From Antechinus flavipes (Eukaryota), in the NCBI RefSeq assembly GCF_016432865.1, contig NC_067401.1, positions 137,144,001 through 137,208,000 on the forward strand: a stretch of DNA of 64,000 nucleotides. The letters are read 5' to 3'. The notes beneath the pieces were generated by a model. The model searched no databases and was not told where the DNA came from. It saw only the letters and a list, made by a program, of their open reading frames with translations. Position numbers and translations under genes: made by a program. Within the stretch, counting starts at the first letter, position 1; each line of letters opens with the position of its first letter. This document shows, piece after piece, positions 36,938 through 49,775 of the stretch.

Positions 36938-38019
36938 TCAGAGAAGTGGAGTTGCTTTCTTTCCTGGCCCTGACATGTTTCCTCCTCCTTCCTTAAGTCA
37001 TCTCCCTCTCCACCTACCCTCTAACCTTCTAGCCTCATTGGTTTGCTCTCTGTTCCTTCTTCCTTCCCTCACTTTAGGGAGTTTGTCACTTTGGTGGCCG
37101 TGGGGGGGATCCTATCTAAGGTTACAAGGCTGCTGGGGGGGGGGGAGGAATTAGATATGCGCTAGACAGGTGTTTGCACCTCTTCCGTCCCTCCATCTCT
37201 TCCATTTCACTTCCAGATGGCTAGCCTCTCCCCCTCCCAACTGGTGATAGATTTGACGATTTAATCCACAATGACGTGAATCGATCCGTGATACTCTGCA
37301 TTAATGGTCCAACACTTTCGTGTCCTGCTAATGGACATCAATTTGAGACTTAAAGACAACAAATAATCTGATCTGATACAGATCTCTCTTGTGTCTCTCC
37401 TTATCCCTTGATGATGAGGAGACAGACTTTCTATGATACACCTTCTCCACCTTTGCTCTCTAGGATTACTGCTACACTCTATGGAGCATAGACCCCCTCC
37501 CCCCCCCCAGCCTCAACTTCTCTTCTTTAGTTTTCACTAACTGCCTCCCTCCCGCTGCTGTTCAAGACATGACTCATTCCATTTCTATTGGGGCCGGCTT
37601 ATGTGGAAGTAAGAGAAGATGGTAGTGAGAAAGGTGAAGATGAGAAAGGCAGGTAGCAGGGACCCTTTCCCCTTTCCTCCTCAGTGGTAATCTTCCCTTC
37701 TCTTCTCTGCGATTCCCCTCGCCCCTGACCCAGTGTCTCTCTAGCTGCCTAGGAAGGGAGAGAGTGCAAAGTTTAGAACTCCAACTATGAGAAGAGGGAG
37801 AGAGAGAGACACATCTTCACAGTCTACCTGGAACCCCTCCCCCCTCAAAACACACCTTTCTGTGGTAATCCCCTGGCCCAAGAGGGAGGGGGTAGTGGTG
37901 AATGCTTGATAAGAGCCCCGGGTTGTTTCCTGTTCCTGTGGGGAGGGACAGGACTCCATAGGCCTAATCAGGCTAAAGGGTCAGAGGGAGGGAGAAAAGT
38001 ATTGAAAAGCCTCACTCAC

Positions 38020-38431
38020 TGTTGCATGAATTCATCCGCTGCATCCAGGGATAGACAGGCGTGGAACACTTCTGCTCCTCACTCTCTCCGAAAACATTTT
38101 TGTCTTGGGCGCAGTCGGACTTCCTCGGCTCGGGGTGGAAAGGGGCAGGCTCTTCGCCGTTGGAGAGGGCACAAGCGGACTCTTTCTCCCTATAGAAGCC
38201 GGCTGGCCCGTAGTCGCAAGTCGCAGCCCGAGCGTAGCCTCCGCTCGCCGGTGGGTAGTAGGAAGAAGAGGCAAAGCCCTTGTCCTGGACCGTCCCGGTT
38301 CCATATGCTGCGGGGTAGTGTCTTAAAGGATCCGCATAGCCCGAGGAGTACAGCGGTAGCTGACCCAAGAACGACTCCTGTCCGTTGGACAGAGTAACCG
38401 GGAAGGTGGAGTTCACAAAATAGGAACTCAT
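38020..38431 (-). CDS. HOXB6: HOXB6 exon 1
   Basis: [40 protein letters not shown]...TPVYPWMQRMNSCN; donor A|GTGAGT at 38020/38019. With exon 2 this gives 223 aa. Confidence 0.98.
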
Positions 38432-41400
38432 TGGGAGGGGAGGCGCGGCTGGTGCTGCTGAGCGGGCTTTTATGATTTGTTGTGTTTTATAGTCCGAGCG
38501 CCTTAGCTATTAGTAGTATATCCGAGATTGGGTTTTAGCTGAAGGGGGATGGCGAGGTGCCAGTGAGGGACAGAAGGAAATACAACCATATGATCAAACA
38601 CTGACCAATAGCAGAAGCAGGAATTGCCAAATAGCACCCATGAGGAGCAGGGCTCGCACGAGGGACCCCGGCGCACAAACCTATCAACCTCTTTTTTCNN
38701 NNNNNNNNNNNNNNNNNNNNNNNNNNNNNNNNNNNNNNNNNNNNNNNNNNNNNNNNNNNNNNNNNNNNNNNNNNNNNNNNNNNNNNNNNNNNNNNNNNNN
38801 NNNNNNNNNNNNNNNNNNNNNNNNNNNNNNNNNNNNNNNNNNNCTCTCACTCAACAACAGAAACAGAACGCACCCTTCCCCACCTACGTAGGAGCTGCGA
38901 AAGAGACGTCTGTTACCGCTAAGAGGTGGGGGGTGGGGAGGAGGTATGAGGAAGGGGGGCTTGGAATAGAGACTACCCCCCCATTCCAGAATGATGAAAT
39001 AAATATATTCTTGCTCCTGTTCCTCCCCTTCCTCTCCACCAGGCGTGATAGGGAAAAGTTAATTGTTCTAAGAAAAGTTAATCCCTGAGGTCCTCCAGAC
39101 CCACGTTCCCCCAAGGGGAATATGTGGGGAGGAAAGGTTTGAGTACCCCGTTGAGATGGACTGAAGAGAAAAGGTTTTATTCTTTTTTTCTCTTTCTTCT
39201 TCTTTTTTTTTTTAAATGGAGATAGGAGGGGAGCGGAGTTCTCAGCTGTCTAATTAGCTTCGCTTTCAGGAAGAGAAAGAGGAGGGGGGGAAAACCACGG
39301 CCCTGGTTTCAAAAATCGTCTTTCCTGTTTATCTGATCGCCAGCTCTCAACCTAGCTCTGGTCTCGAATTCCTGCCTCTCCCCAACTCTTTGTGTGTTGG
39401 GGGGCTGGGGGAGTGGAGACAGCCAGTTGGAGCCCAGATGCTGGGGGTGGGGAGGGAGAGACGAAACGGTGAAGAAGGTGCGCTGGGTAGGGGTAGGGGA
39501 ATGTAAAACACCAAAGGGTACCCCGTCCTGAACTGTACCTTTTCGAGTTTTTACTATGCCCTCTGAGTCGCAGTCTCCCACCACCCTTAAGAAAGATTTC
39601 AGTCTCACAGAGATGTGTCTCACTGTCCTTCTTAGCAAAGGTAGGGGGACTGGAAGTAGTAGTGTTCGATTTTCCCCTTTCCGCAGTCTGGAATTAGAAG
39701 GCAAGAAGGGAACCCTTGCCTGGATTTTATCTTTCTGTTCCAGATTCTATCCTTCGTCGTTCCTTCCCACCTCTCAAGAAAGTTATATATTTGGCCCATA
39801 AATTCTTACCAAAAAAAAAAAAAAAAGTGCTTTGAAAAAGCTCAGGGCATTAGAATTTTTTTTAAAGGTCAATAAAATGCTGACAATTTCCCGCCACTTG
39901 GTCTTGTCTCCTTAAATTCTTCCGTGCTCCTAGGGGACAGGGAATTGCTGCAACCAAACCTCCTCCTCCTCCTCCGCCTCCAGTTTCCTCGGAGGACTGG
40001 TATAAATTTGAGGAAATCTGTCCTCTGGCATTTTGATTGTTTATTTGGTGAAGGAGGAGAGGTAGGGTCTGCAATATGGACTAATCTTATAGGACTAAGC
40101 GAGAAAATAAACTTTGGAATTTCCCCTCCCTGGCCACCCCAAGTTATCTATCCCCAGCAATTTCAAAACCCTTCTGGGTCTATCTGCTTCTCGCTCAAAC
40201 TCTCCTCCATGCCCTTTAGGGTACGAAACCCCAAAAGCTTGCTGCCCAACCTCTAGACATTGAATCTTGTGTTCCATCCCTATCTCCTCTCCTCTTCAGA
40301 AAAGCTGAGAATTTGTAAAAATCTAGACACGTATTACAGAGTTAATAAATTTTAAAACATTGTTTACCCGAAGAATGTCACTCTTGTCACAGACAACAGC
40401 TCTTCGGGCGTACGGGCCACGCTAGACAATCCGGGAAAAGAAGCCTAGACAGCAGAGGGTGAACTCAGCTTATCTTTGCTTAACTGCCTAGCCTCTAGTT
40501 CGCCTCTCGTCACGGTCTCGCTTTGTGTGGAAACCGGACCTTCATCCAAGTAAAAGCAAACGTTTAGGCAAGGAATGGGGTGGCAGGGCAGACCGGGGAA
40601 AACCATGGACCACAGGGCTGATTTAGTGTATGGGAGGTGGAGGGAAGGTGTAGAATAGGTGGGAAAGTTAATCAGGAGAAAAGCGGCAGCAGAGATATCA
40701 AAGAACTAGAGAACTTCCAGGCTTCTAAACCCGATTCCCCCCTATCACCACCACGCTCTCTAGTTCTTTGGTCCCCAGCTCCAGTTTATCATTTTTATAA
40801 GAGTTAGAAGATTTAAGGGAAAAAACAAAACAACAAGATTTGTCGAAAAGTGGAGGGGTGGGGGGACTCAGAAGATAGTTATCGATCTGACAGCCCCATC
40901 ACTACTAGACAGTAAGTTCCTGATAATTGATAAAGTGAGAAAGTAACTAAACTGATTTTTCTACTTGAGAGTGATGAGAACTATTTGAGTTTCTGGAGAG
41001 AGTCAGAAGAAGATGCTGTGTGTTCCTTTTCCCCTCCCCTTGCAAAGACCACCTGGGATTGAGGACAGTTCCACCGACTGCAGCCCCCTTTCTAGCCCTC
41101 ACCCTTTTCTCTCTTAATTTATTATCGTTCGGAAGTATTGAGATTCGGTCTCCGCAGCTTGTTGGGAGGTAGTGGCTTGTTTTCTGGGAGTTGTGAGGAC
41201 TGGAGGAAGAGGGAGGAAGAGCCGGGAAAATTCTAACATTAACAACAACAATAATCTTTAAGTTCCCCCACGACTCTCGCCAGTTGCCTGTCGGGCTGTC
41301 AGCCGCAACTGCCGGGGTCCAGGGGCGCCTGGAGCCGGCCATGAAAGAAAATTGCGGCTCATTGCTCTTATCTAAGCCGAGAGGTATTTATGGGCGTTTA

Positions 41401-43980
41401 TTCGTCTGATCCATTTGTTTGGGATAAAGACCAGGCCGGGAGTGCTTGGTCTGAGCCGCAATAGGCTCTGGAGCCAAATCTTAGTGGATCTGTTTGTAGC
41501 TGTGTCGATCTGTCTGTAGATTCGGATGCATAAGTAAATAGACAAGAACATACATTTGCGCCTGTTGAGAGTATCTCTACGGGTCTGTAGCTCAGTCTAC
41601 AAACGTGTACAAAACAGTAAATGTGTGTGTCAAAATCTAAAGTATACACACAGGCTGCATACATGCACCTGGGGGTGGGGGGGGAGAGAGGGAGGGAGGA
41701 TATCTTAACTTAGAGTCCGTTGACCTTTTAAGGGAACATTAAGTAGATTTCAGGGGGTCTATGAACTTTGGTGGGGAAAAATACATCATTATTATTAATC
41801 TCTAATTTCGCATTTCCTACAATTATTTAAAACCATTATTATGAGGAGTCCATAGGCTTCCCCAAACTGCCAAAGGATTGGCAGAAAAAGATTAAAAACC
41901 TCTAATCTATCTTAATCTTATAATATTACGGTTTACCTAGTTGTGCTATCTAGAAATGTATGTGCAGGGTTAATTTTGAATCTAGTATATTATGATCAAG
42001 CATTTGTGTCTCCTCTTAGTTTCTCCTGATTGGGCTTCCTTGTCTGGTATAAATCTCTTGCCCTTTAGAAAAGGAGGAAAGTAGGAATATATTGAAATTG
42101 GAAAGACTGCCAGTCACCTCCTCTTGAGTCACTAGATTTCTCCAGGATACCCAACCTTTCTTGAGGGACTTTAATTAGATTTTTAGCCCACCCATCCCAT
42201 CTCCCCAATACTACTTTTAAACTCAGAAGTCACTCTGGATTACAATAGAATATGTAAATTTTTGGAACGAGAAAACAGAATAGCACAGAAAAATATCAGA
42301 TAAGAGTTTTCCATAAGATTGACCTAAATCGAAAATGGCCTAATTTGCATTATGGAAATTGGTAGTAAGAGTCTTATTTTCCTGGGGGTTCTTATGTGAT
42401 GCTCATCCCTTTCTCTCTGTTTTGTCCCCTCTCCAGATTGTTCCAAACCCTAGAGTCACAGATATGAGGCCTTCTTCACCTCCTGACCTTCACTCTCATC
42501 CTCTTCTTCACTCTCACTCTCATTCTCACCTTCATTCCAGACTAATCCTGGAAGTATAATCTGAATTTTCCTTTCCAGTAGAAAAGGAATGGCGCTTTTA
42601 AGTCTGCTAAAGTCCCTCAGCCCCCTCAAGTGAGAACACAGCGGTGTCCTTAAATCAGAGGACTTATTGAGGCCATAAAGTCTACTCATATGAACAAGGC
42701 TCTTGAAAGGGCAGAGGCTCTAGTTAGAGAGCCCTGGACAACTGGAGAACAACAGGGGTACCCCTTCCAACAGTTCATACATGGAAAATTCCTGCCATTT
42801 CTTCCTCTTCTTCTCTGTTATTTTGGCTCCTCTTGGTTCAGATAATTGAGATCCTAAATTACTTTATTCTGAAGTATTACTGATATTCTCTAACCCTTGA
42901 AGTTTGGGGGAAAAGAATTTATCACAATTACCACCCACCCCTCATCCCCCAGAGCTAAGGCCCTGGCCAAGTACTAAGGGGCAGATTGCACCTTGAAAGG
43001 AAGCAAGCAAAGCTTGCTCTGTGGCAGTTGTGAAAGGGCTGAGCTAATCAGTAACTCAAGAGACTGGAGCAAAAATCCAAAAGTGCCCATATAAACATTG
43101 CTTCTCCTCACTCTAATAATGCCTTTGGCAAAAATACTTCTCAGTTAAGAGGAACAAGTTTCTATGGAAGGGAGGGGATGAGCAAATTATTTATTATTAA
43201 TTTCTCCCCTCATATAAGCAACTATACATACATATACCAAATGCATTTTTCTTAAACACAATTTGCATTCATTTCGACTTCTAGAGGGATATGAGGGGTG
43301 AGTGGAGGTTGTAGACGGCAATGCACCATTTTAGACACCAACAGTTGCCAGGAAACTGTGTGTTATTCTGCCCCCCCCAACCAAGGGAAAAAACAAAAAC
43401 AAACAAACAAACAAACAACAACAAAAAATCCAGTCTGTTTTTTGACAACCAACTGTAACTGCCCTGGGCCAGCAACCTTCAGAGGAGCTCCCTTCGTCCT
43501 GGTTTTGGCGCACTTGGCCAGCACGAATATTAAATAAACCTTCAGCAACTGAATATCAGTCAACCTCTGATTACCTCTCTTCTCTCAACCTGCACCAATA
43601 CCCACCTAACTTCCATCCAGTAACGTTCCAGTTCTTNNNNNNNNNNNNNNNNNNNNNNNNNNNNNNNNNNNNNNNNNNNNNNNNNNNNNNNNNNNNNNNN
43701 NNNNNNNNNNNNNNNNNNNNNNNNNNNNNNNNNNNNNNNNNNNNNNNNNNNNNNNNNNNNNNNNNNNCCCCTCCTCAGTCTAACGTTATTCCCTTAATTA
43801 AGCCGTGTCAAGGAAATGAATTTCATAGACATTCGTAATTTGGATTGTATTGAGGTAAAGGGCAGAAGGAAGGAAGAGTTCCCTTTGCTTTAGGAAATAA
43901 ATAGATGGGGGCATCGTAAATAAATGAAGAGGGGGAAAGAACGTGATGGAAAGAGGGGGAGAGGGAGAAAAGAAAAGGGG

Positions 43981-44013
<33 letters not shown>

Positions 44014-44152
44014 TTTGTTTTGTGAAGAAAATAAACAAAAAGGGGAAGAAGCGGAAATCAAAACACCCGTAGCAGCTTCCACTTGAGTCCAATAGTTTCA
44101 ACGGAATTTAGGGAAGGCAAACTATCTTAAATAGCGGGAAACTGTCTCTCTC

Positions 44153-44171
44153 TGGACAGTAGATGGCAGCA
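44153..44171 (+). promoter_or_regulatory. CTCF motif between HOXB6 and HOXB7
   Basis: TGGACAGTAGATGGCAGCA differs from TGGCCASYAGRKGGCRSYV at one position. Confidence 0.7.
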
Positions 44172-45936
44172 AACTGCATAATTTGGGCCAAAGCGAACTG
44201 TTAAAAGAGCGATTTATAACCCACCAGGGTTTCCAGAGAAAAAGACCTTCGGTTTCGCTGGGGTTTTTTTTTTTTCCTTCTTTAAAATATACAACAAATA
44301 CCATGCTTATAAGCCAAGAGTTCCTGTGCCAACCACTTACCCTGCTTATCGTACAAACATTCAGTCGACCTGGGCCACCAGAGCAGCATAGAGGCGCACC
44401 TCAGGTTGACCAATCCCACTCTTTAATATCTCTGCTGCCACAAGTGGCTACCCGCAGCTCTCTCTTTGGGGGTTCCCTGAAGTACGATTGGGACACAAAT
44501 ATTCTCGTCCTTTCTCATTTTCTTTCTCTCCAATTGAACAAGAAACTCAAGGTAGCCAGGGAAATACCCTGTGTCTAGTCTTAAGCAATGAAGTGATGAG
44601 GTTGGGAGGAGGGAGTGCATACCGCACACCCAAAGACCACACTAACTTCCAATTCATCCTGGCCTCCAGACTCACACGTCACATGGCACGGTTCTCTCTA
44701 GCTTCTGTACTAGGAGCCCCCAGATGCCATTTTTTTTTAAATGCCTCAAGCCTCGAATCACACCTCCCTCGACCCCAGAGCTATTTTCAGAACCCCCTTC
44801 ACTTAATCTGATCTCTCTATTCCATAGTGAGGTGAAAGACGTATTTCGAAAAAATCGAAATCAAAAGCTACAAAGACAGTTTTCTTGCCTAAACTCAGAG
44901 ACAGACGGAAAAGTCGGAATCCACCCTGATTTCCTGCCTCAGAGGTTAACAGACTTCACTTTGGCAAACCGAACATTTATGTCTCTAGCTACTTTAGCTA
45001 TAGATACAGTTTTTTAAAAACAACCAAACATAACGTTCAAGCGCATGAAAATTTTAGAACTTAATGGCTTAGAAGACTCAAAAATCAATATTTTCCATAT
45101 GCATATACACACACACCCGCAACAAATATCAACAAAATACCACATAATAAATAAGACAAGTATCATATAAGCAATCAAGTACACGGCATAGATCACAGAA
45201 TAACTGGGGATAGGCAAAACCTTTGGAATACTGTGTTCGATTTTCTTTCAGTTCAGGTACCTCCTTACTCCCCTTCCCCCATTACTTTTAATGAATGTCA
45301 GAATCTTCCCAGAAAGGAAATAATGAAGCTATTAATGAGAACTGTTTATTTCCCCCTTGTTTTTGTCTCTCCTCAGCAAGTTCCCCACCCTTAGATAGGG
45401 TTCCAGCTCCTGCCGCCCTTTTCCGAATCAGGGCCTCCAGGGATCTTCCCCAATCCAGCCTGTTTCCCGTGCCAAGTCCACCTGGACGCTTTGAAAACCC
45501 AGCTTCAGGAAAGAAAACTCTACTACTACAAATGAGGAGGGGGTGAAGGGGGACTTGAACCCTCACAAGCTATTGAGGTAAGAACTGGCAGCGCAAATCT
45601 CCCACTTAACCCTCTTGATATTCTTTCCCCATATTATTTTTCTCGACGATTAAAAAAAAATACCCCCTCTTCTTCCTTTCACTATCTTTGTTTTTGCTCC
45701 TTCCTTCTTTGATATCCGCCTTCCAATCTAGAATCGACCATTCCCCCTCTCTGGAAAAAAAAAAAAAATCCCCGGAAATTGTGTGCTCCATTTACCCTGA
45801 GCATGGGGGTTCAGATCCACCTTCGTAAAGAGGACTGGAGGTGAGGGGATGGGGCTGGGCACATCAACAAGTTCAAGGAAAAAAAAAATCATTAGAAACG
45901 AAAGGTAGAAAATCAAAACGTAGAGCATTCCCTTAC

Positions 45937-46061
45937 CTTTGACGACCGCATATTTTTTTTTCCCTGGGATAAAAGGGGTGTGGGGAGGGGGGAGAAGCGT
46001 TCAGTTTATCGTTCAGCTTCTAGATAATATTGTCCCAACCTGAGAGCCGTCGCTTCCCTCT
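45937..46061 (-). other. HOXB6: HOXB6 distal leader exon 2
   Basis: GGGAAGCGACGGCTCTCAGGTTGGGACAATATTATCTAGAAGCTGAA resembles the long human HOXB6 mRNA leader as recalled. Strong donor CAAAG|GTAAGG at 45937/45936; acceptor CACAG| at 46062-46064. Confidence 0.65.
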
Positions 46062-46264
46062 CTGTGACTTGGGAGAGAGCTCCTTGCGTTTCTGTCATTT
46101 GCATAGAAAATGGAGTAAGTTCTCGCTTTGAAAAATGGTATCAGGCTGCGGTCCGGGCAGATTTTCCATTTCCCCTCCATGGCTACTAAAAATCCCAAAT
46201 CAGCAAGCAAATTAGATGAGAAATTTAAATTATTTTGGTTCTCTCTCTTTTGTGTAATAATCAC

Positions 46265-46286
46265 CCCCCTTCTCTCCCTCTCTCCC

Positions 46287-46325
<39 letters not shown>

Positions 46326-46435
46326 CCTTTTTCTCTCTCCTTTAGCCCATTGAGCTGATATTCGAAGTAAAAATATATATATAAAGAGACGAGAGCCCTA
46401 AAGGACGACACTGCTCCGACCCAAGGTGTGGTGTC
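46265..46435 (-). other. HOXB6: HOXB6 distal leader exon 1
   Basis: Begins CACCACACCTTGGGTCGGAGCAGTGTCGTCCTT, like the 5' end of the long human HOXB6 mRNA as recalled. The donor GG|GTGATT at 46265 is weak, so the 3' boundary is uncertain. Confidence 0.55.
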
Positions 46436-46645
46436 CAAAAGAATACTGCATTATAACCACCAGGGAAATGATAAAAGTTCATGTTCGCGATTGCCCGTCC
46501 ACATGACCGGCGCTGGCCAATCGCTGGATTCAACCACTCATAAACTTCTATCACAAAGTTGTAAATTTTCATAAAACAACAAGGAATTTATTGCATTTCT
46601 TCATGGCTGCTCCAACAGCAGTCCTTTTCTCCGTCGCCATCTTCT
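46436..46645 (-). promoter_or_regulatory. HOXB6 distal promoter / deeply conserved-looking element
   Basis: CACATG (46500-46505), CCAAT (46517-46521), repeated CATAAA/GTAAAT/TTTATT Cdx-Hox motifs and a YY1-like CGCCATCTT near 46635. Confidence 0.65.
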
Positions 46646-48725
46646 TTTCTCCTTCTTCTTTTTTGGGTCACCCCCCAATAAAAGAAGGGGTGAGGATTTG
46701 GGGGAAGGGATTTAGAGTAAAGGAACACCAGGGGGGAGAGACGTGAAAGGAAGTCTCTTCTGCCTGTTCATGTTCCCTAAGAATCCACCCCCACTACCAA
46801 ATTAAAAACAAAATGAAATATACTACTATACACACCCAATTCTTTCTCATATATGTGTGTGTATACATATATGTGCACACACCCATTTGTGTACATTGTT
46901 CGAATTTACAATTCTGGAAGATAGTAAAAGCTTCAAGGGGCTGCCGCACAGTATTCTAAACCCCCGTTTCTCTTGTCCTCACCCCAAATTCTGGTTAGGG
47001 GAATGCTAGCCAACAGGATGAAAACAGCTGCCAGAGTGAGTGCCCCAAAGCCCCTGTTCTATTTTAACCCAAATTCTCCCCTGCAGGAAAAGGAATAGCA
47101 GGGATCGGTATAGAGATGGTAGTGGCAGCTTAGGCCTGATACCCCAAAATTATTTCATATGAACCCCTGAAATTTCCTTTCGGAGGTGGGACATAGACTA
47201 GGCAGGATGGCATTCAGACAGCAGTGGAAAGACAAGATATCAGGAAGAAATGCAGGCCTGCAAGTGAGATTTGGGAGATTTAGGAGATAAAATGGAAGAT
47301 TCCTTTAAAAGAAAAGGCAATTTAAAAAAAGGATGGTTTAAAACAAGTGCATTCAAATATGTTTCCTTCTATTCTTCCCTGCTTTTTCCTTTCTCTTCTT
47401 TTGGTGTTTTTGTGAAGCTGATATTTAAAAATCTATACAACTTATGAATATGCCTTATAATTCGCATAGATGCCCAACACGTAGGGCACTGCTGGAGACC
47501 TCTACTTGAGAATAATTACATTTCTTATTAAGAATAAACATACATATGTATATGTATATGTATATCTAAATATCTTCATTTGGAAGGCCTCCCCCATACT
47601 CAGGGATTTTTTTCAGGATTTAGACCAGGAGGAAAACAAAGACCTTATTTCTGTTCTCTTTTTTCAGATAGATTTAAGGGAACACAACCGCGTTGGGGAC
47701 CATCAGAAACAGAGCTGAGGAAATGGGGAGCCACTAGGAGCACGGAGGACCTCCCTGACTGACGCATTGCGGTTGTCTCCTTGGTCTAAGGAATCCAGGC
47801 TCCAACTGACCTCCTCCTCAAAACCCAAGTCTACTAATGCCCTCTTAGTACTTGCTTCCTCTTTCCTTACTCTCATTCCTCTTTTTATTTTCTTCTTTCT
47901 TTTTTTCTTGTTTCTACCCATTCCTCCTCCCTTCCCCCTCCCCACACCCTCCTCCACACACACACCCTTGCCAATGGAAACATAATGAAATCAAATAAAA
48001 GAAATTAAGGCTGAAACAGAGCTTGCTCAGGAAGGCGGTTAATAAAAGAAAGCTGGTTTGAGGCACTTGATTTCCCCGTCTAATTGCCTTCATTGGTTTT
48101 CCTTACTTTGATGTGGAACAGGATTTGGTGCTAATAAAATAAGGACTTTCGGTCTGCAATAAACTCATCTCCGCACAAAACCAACCAAGTTTCCTTCCCT
48201 GCATCGGCCTCTCAAAAGTGACTTAGGGAGAAAAAGCCCAACATATTTTTATTTTCTTACTGCTGCACTTTTCAGTCTCTCCCTTCTTTCCTTTACTATT
48301 GCTTTCCGAGGCCTAGAATTTAGTTTGTCCTTTCTTTTTTGTGTATTGCTGTTGTTGCGATTTATTATTTTATTTACTATTATTATTATCCTCATTATCA
48401 TCATCATCCTCAGACTTCGTTTAAAGACAGAAGAAAAAAAAAACAAAAAACAAATAGCAACTGAGATAAAATACCGAATGTCTGGAAGGGAGAGCGGGAG
48501 GATTAGCGATTTAGTGAAAGAAAAAGGGAAAATGTAGGAGGAATTCCTTGTAAAGGCAAATAGTTGCTTCTTAGGCCTCAGATTCAAAGAGAAAGGTATT
48601 TTTTAAAACACAAATACCAAATGAAGCCAGCTTCAGGAGAGGTGGAGGTTGAGAAGGCTGAACTGTCCAGCCATTTTGCAGCCTATGCATATTTGTAAAG
48701 AGTCGCAGAAAAATGGCTCTTTGTT

Positions 48726-48756
48726 TTTATTTTATTTTATTTCGTTTCGTTTTATT
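48726..48756 (-). terminator. Probable HOXB7 poly(A) signal cluster
   Basis: Four AATAAA hexamers on the minus strand, about 0.7 kb past the inferred stop. Confidence 0.5.
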
Positions 48757-49156
48757 TTTTATTATATTTTTAATCCCTTCCAAACACGTAGAATTTACAG
48801 ACGATCACGGCACTGCCACGAACAAATACGGAATGGGGGGGGGGGGGGGACCGCGGGAAGATGGGGAAGATAAACAGGTAAGAGAAATTGCTTTTCTTCC
48901 CGTTTACTAAGTATTATATACACAGAGTCTCTAAACATCTTTTTCAGAGTCCTCTACTCTGAAAGGAATGGACACAGTTTCGGGAAGGGCAAGACTGGGA
49001 GTTGAGGGAGGAAGGGTAAGAACCACATATTAAGCCAGACTCAAAGTACACAAAGATACCGTTAAAGGGTAAATACAAACAGGAAGTTTTACAAAGACCT
49101 TACAATAGACCCACAATAGAAAAGAAACAGTATATTCCGAAAAGCTACATAACAGG

Positions 49157-49218
49157 TAGGTAGATATTACTCTCCTAATGTACAAAACAAACCCAGAATG
49201 GACTTTAATATAGGTAGT
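49157..49218 (-). promoter_or_regulatory. Two miR-196 seed sites in the HOXB7 3'UTR
   Basis: 8mer ACTACCTA at 49211-49218 and 7mer-A1 CTACCTA at 49157-49163. Confidence 0.7.
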
Positions 49219-49472
49219 ATTTTTTTCAGTGTTAAGAAACCATAAAGGTTGATCTCTCTCTTTCACACTCTCTCTTACATTCTCCCTTTNNNNNNNNNNN
49301 NNNNNNNNNNNNNNNNNNNNNNNNNNNNNNNNNNNNNNNNNNNNNNNNNNNNNNNNNNNNNNNNNNNNNNNNNNNNNNNNNNNNNNNNNNNNNNNNNNNN
49401 NNNNNNNNNNNNNNNNNNNNNNNNNNNNNNNNNNNNNNNNNNNNNNNNNNNNNNNNNNNNNNNNNNNNNNNN

Positions 49473-49775
<303 letters not shown>

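Noticed and set aside
46342-46572. 76-aa ATG ORF over the conserved HOXB6 distal promoter
   Set aside because: The ATG lies upstream of the inferred transcription start (about 46435); the block reads as transcription factor motifs.
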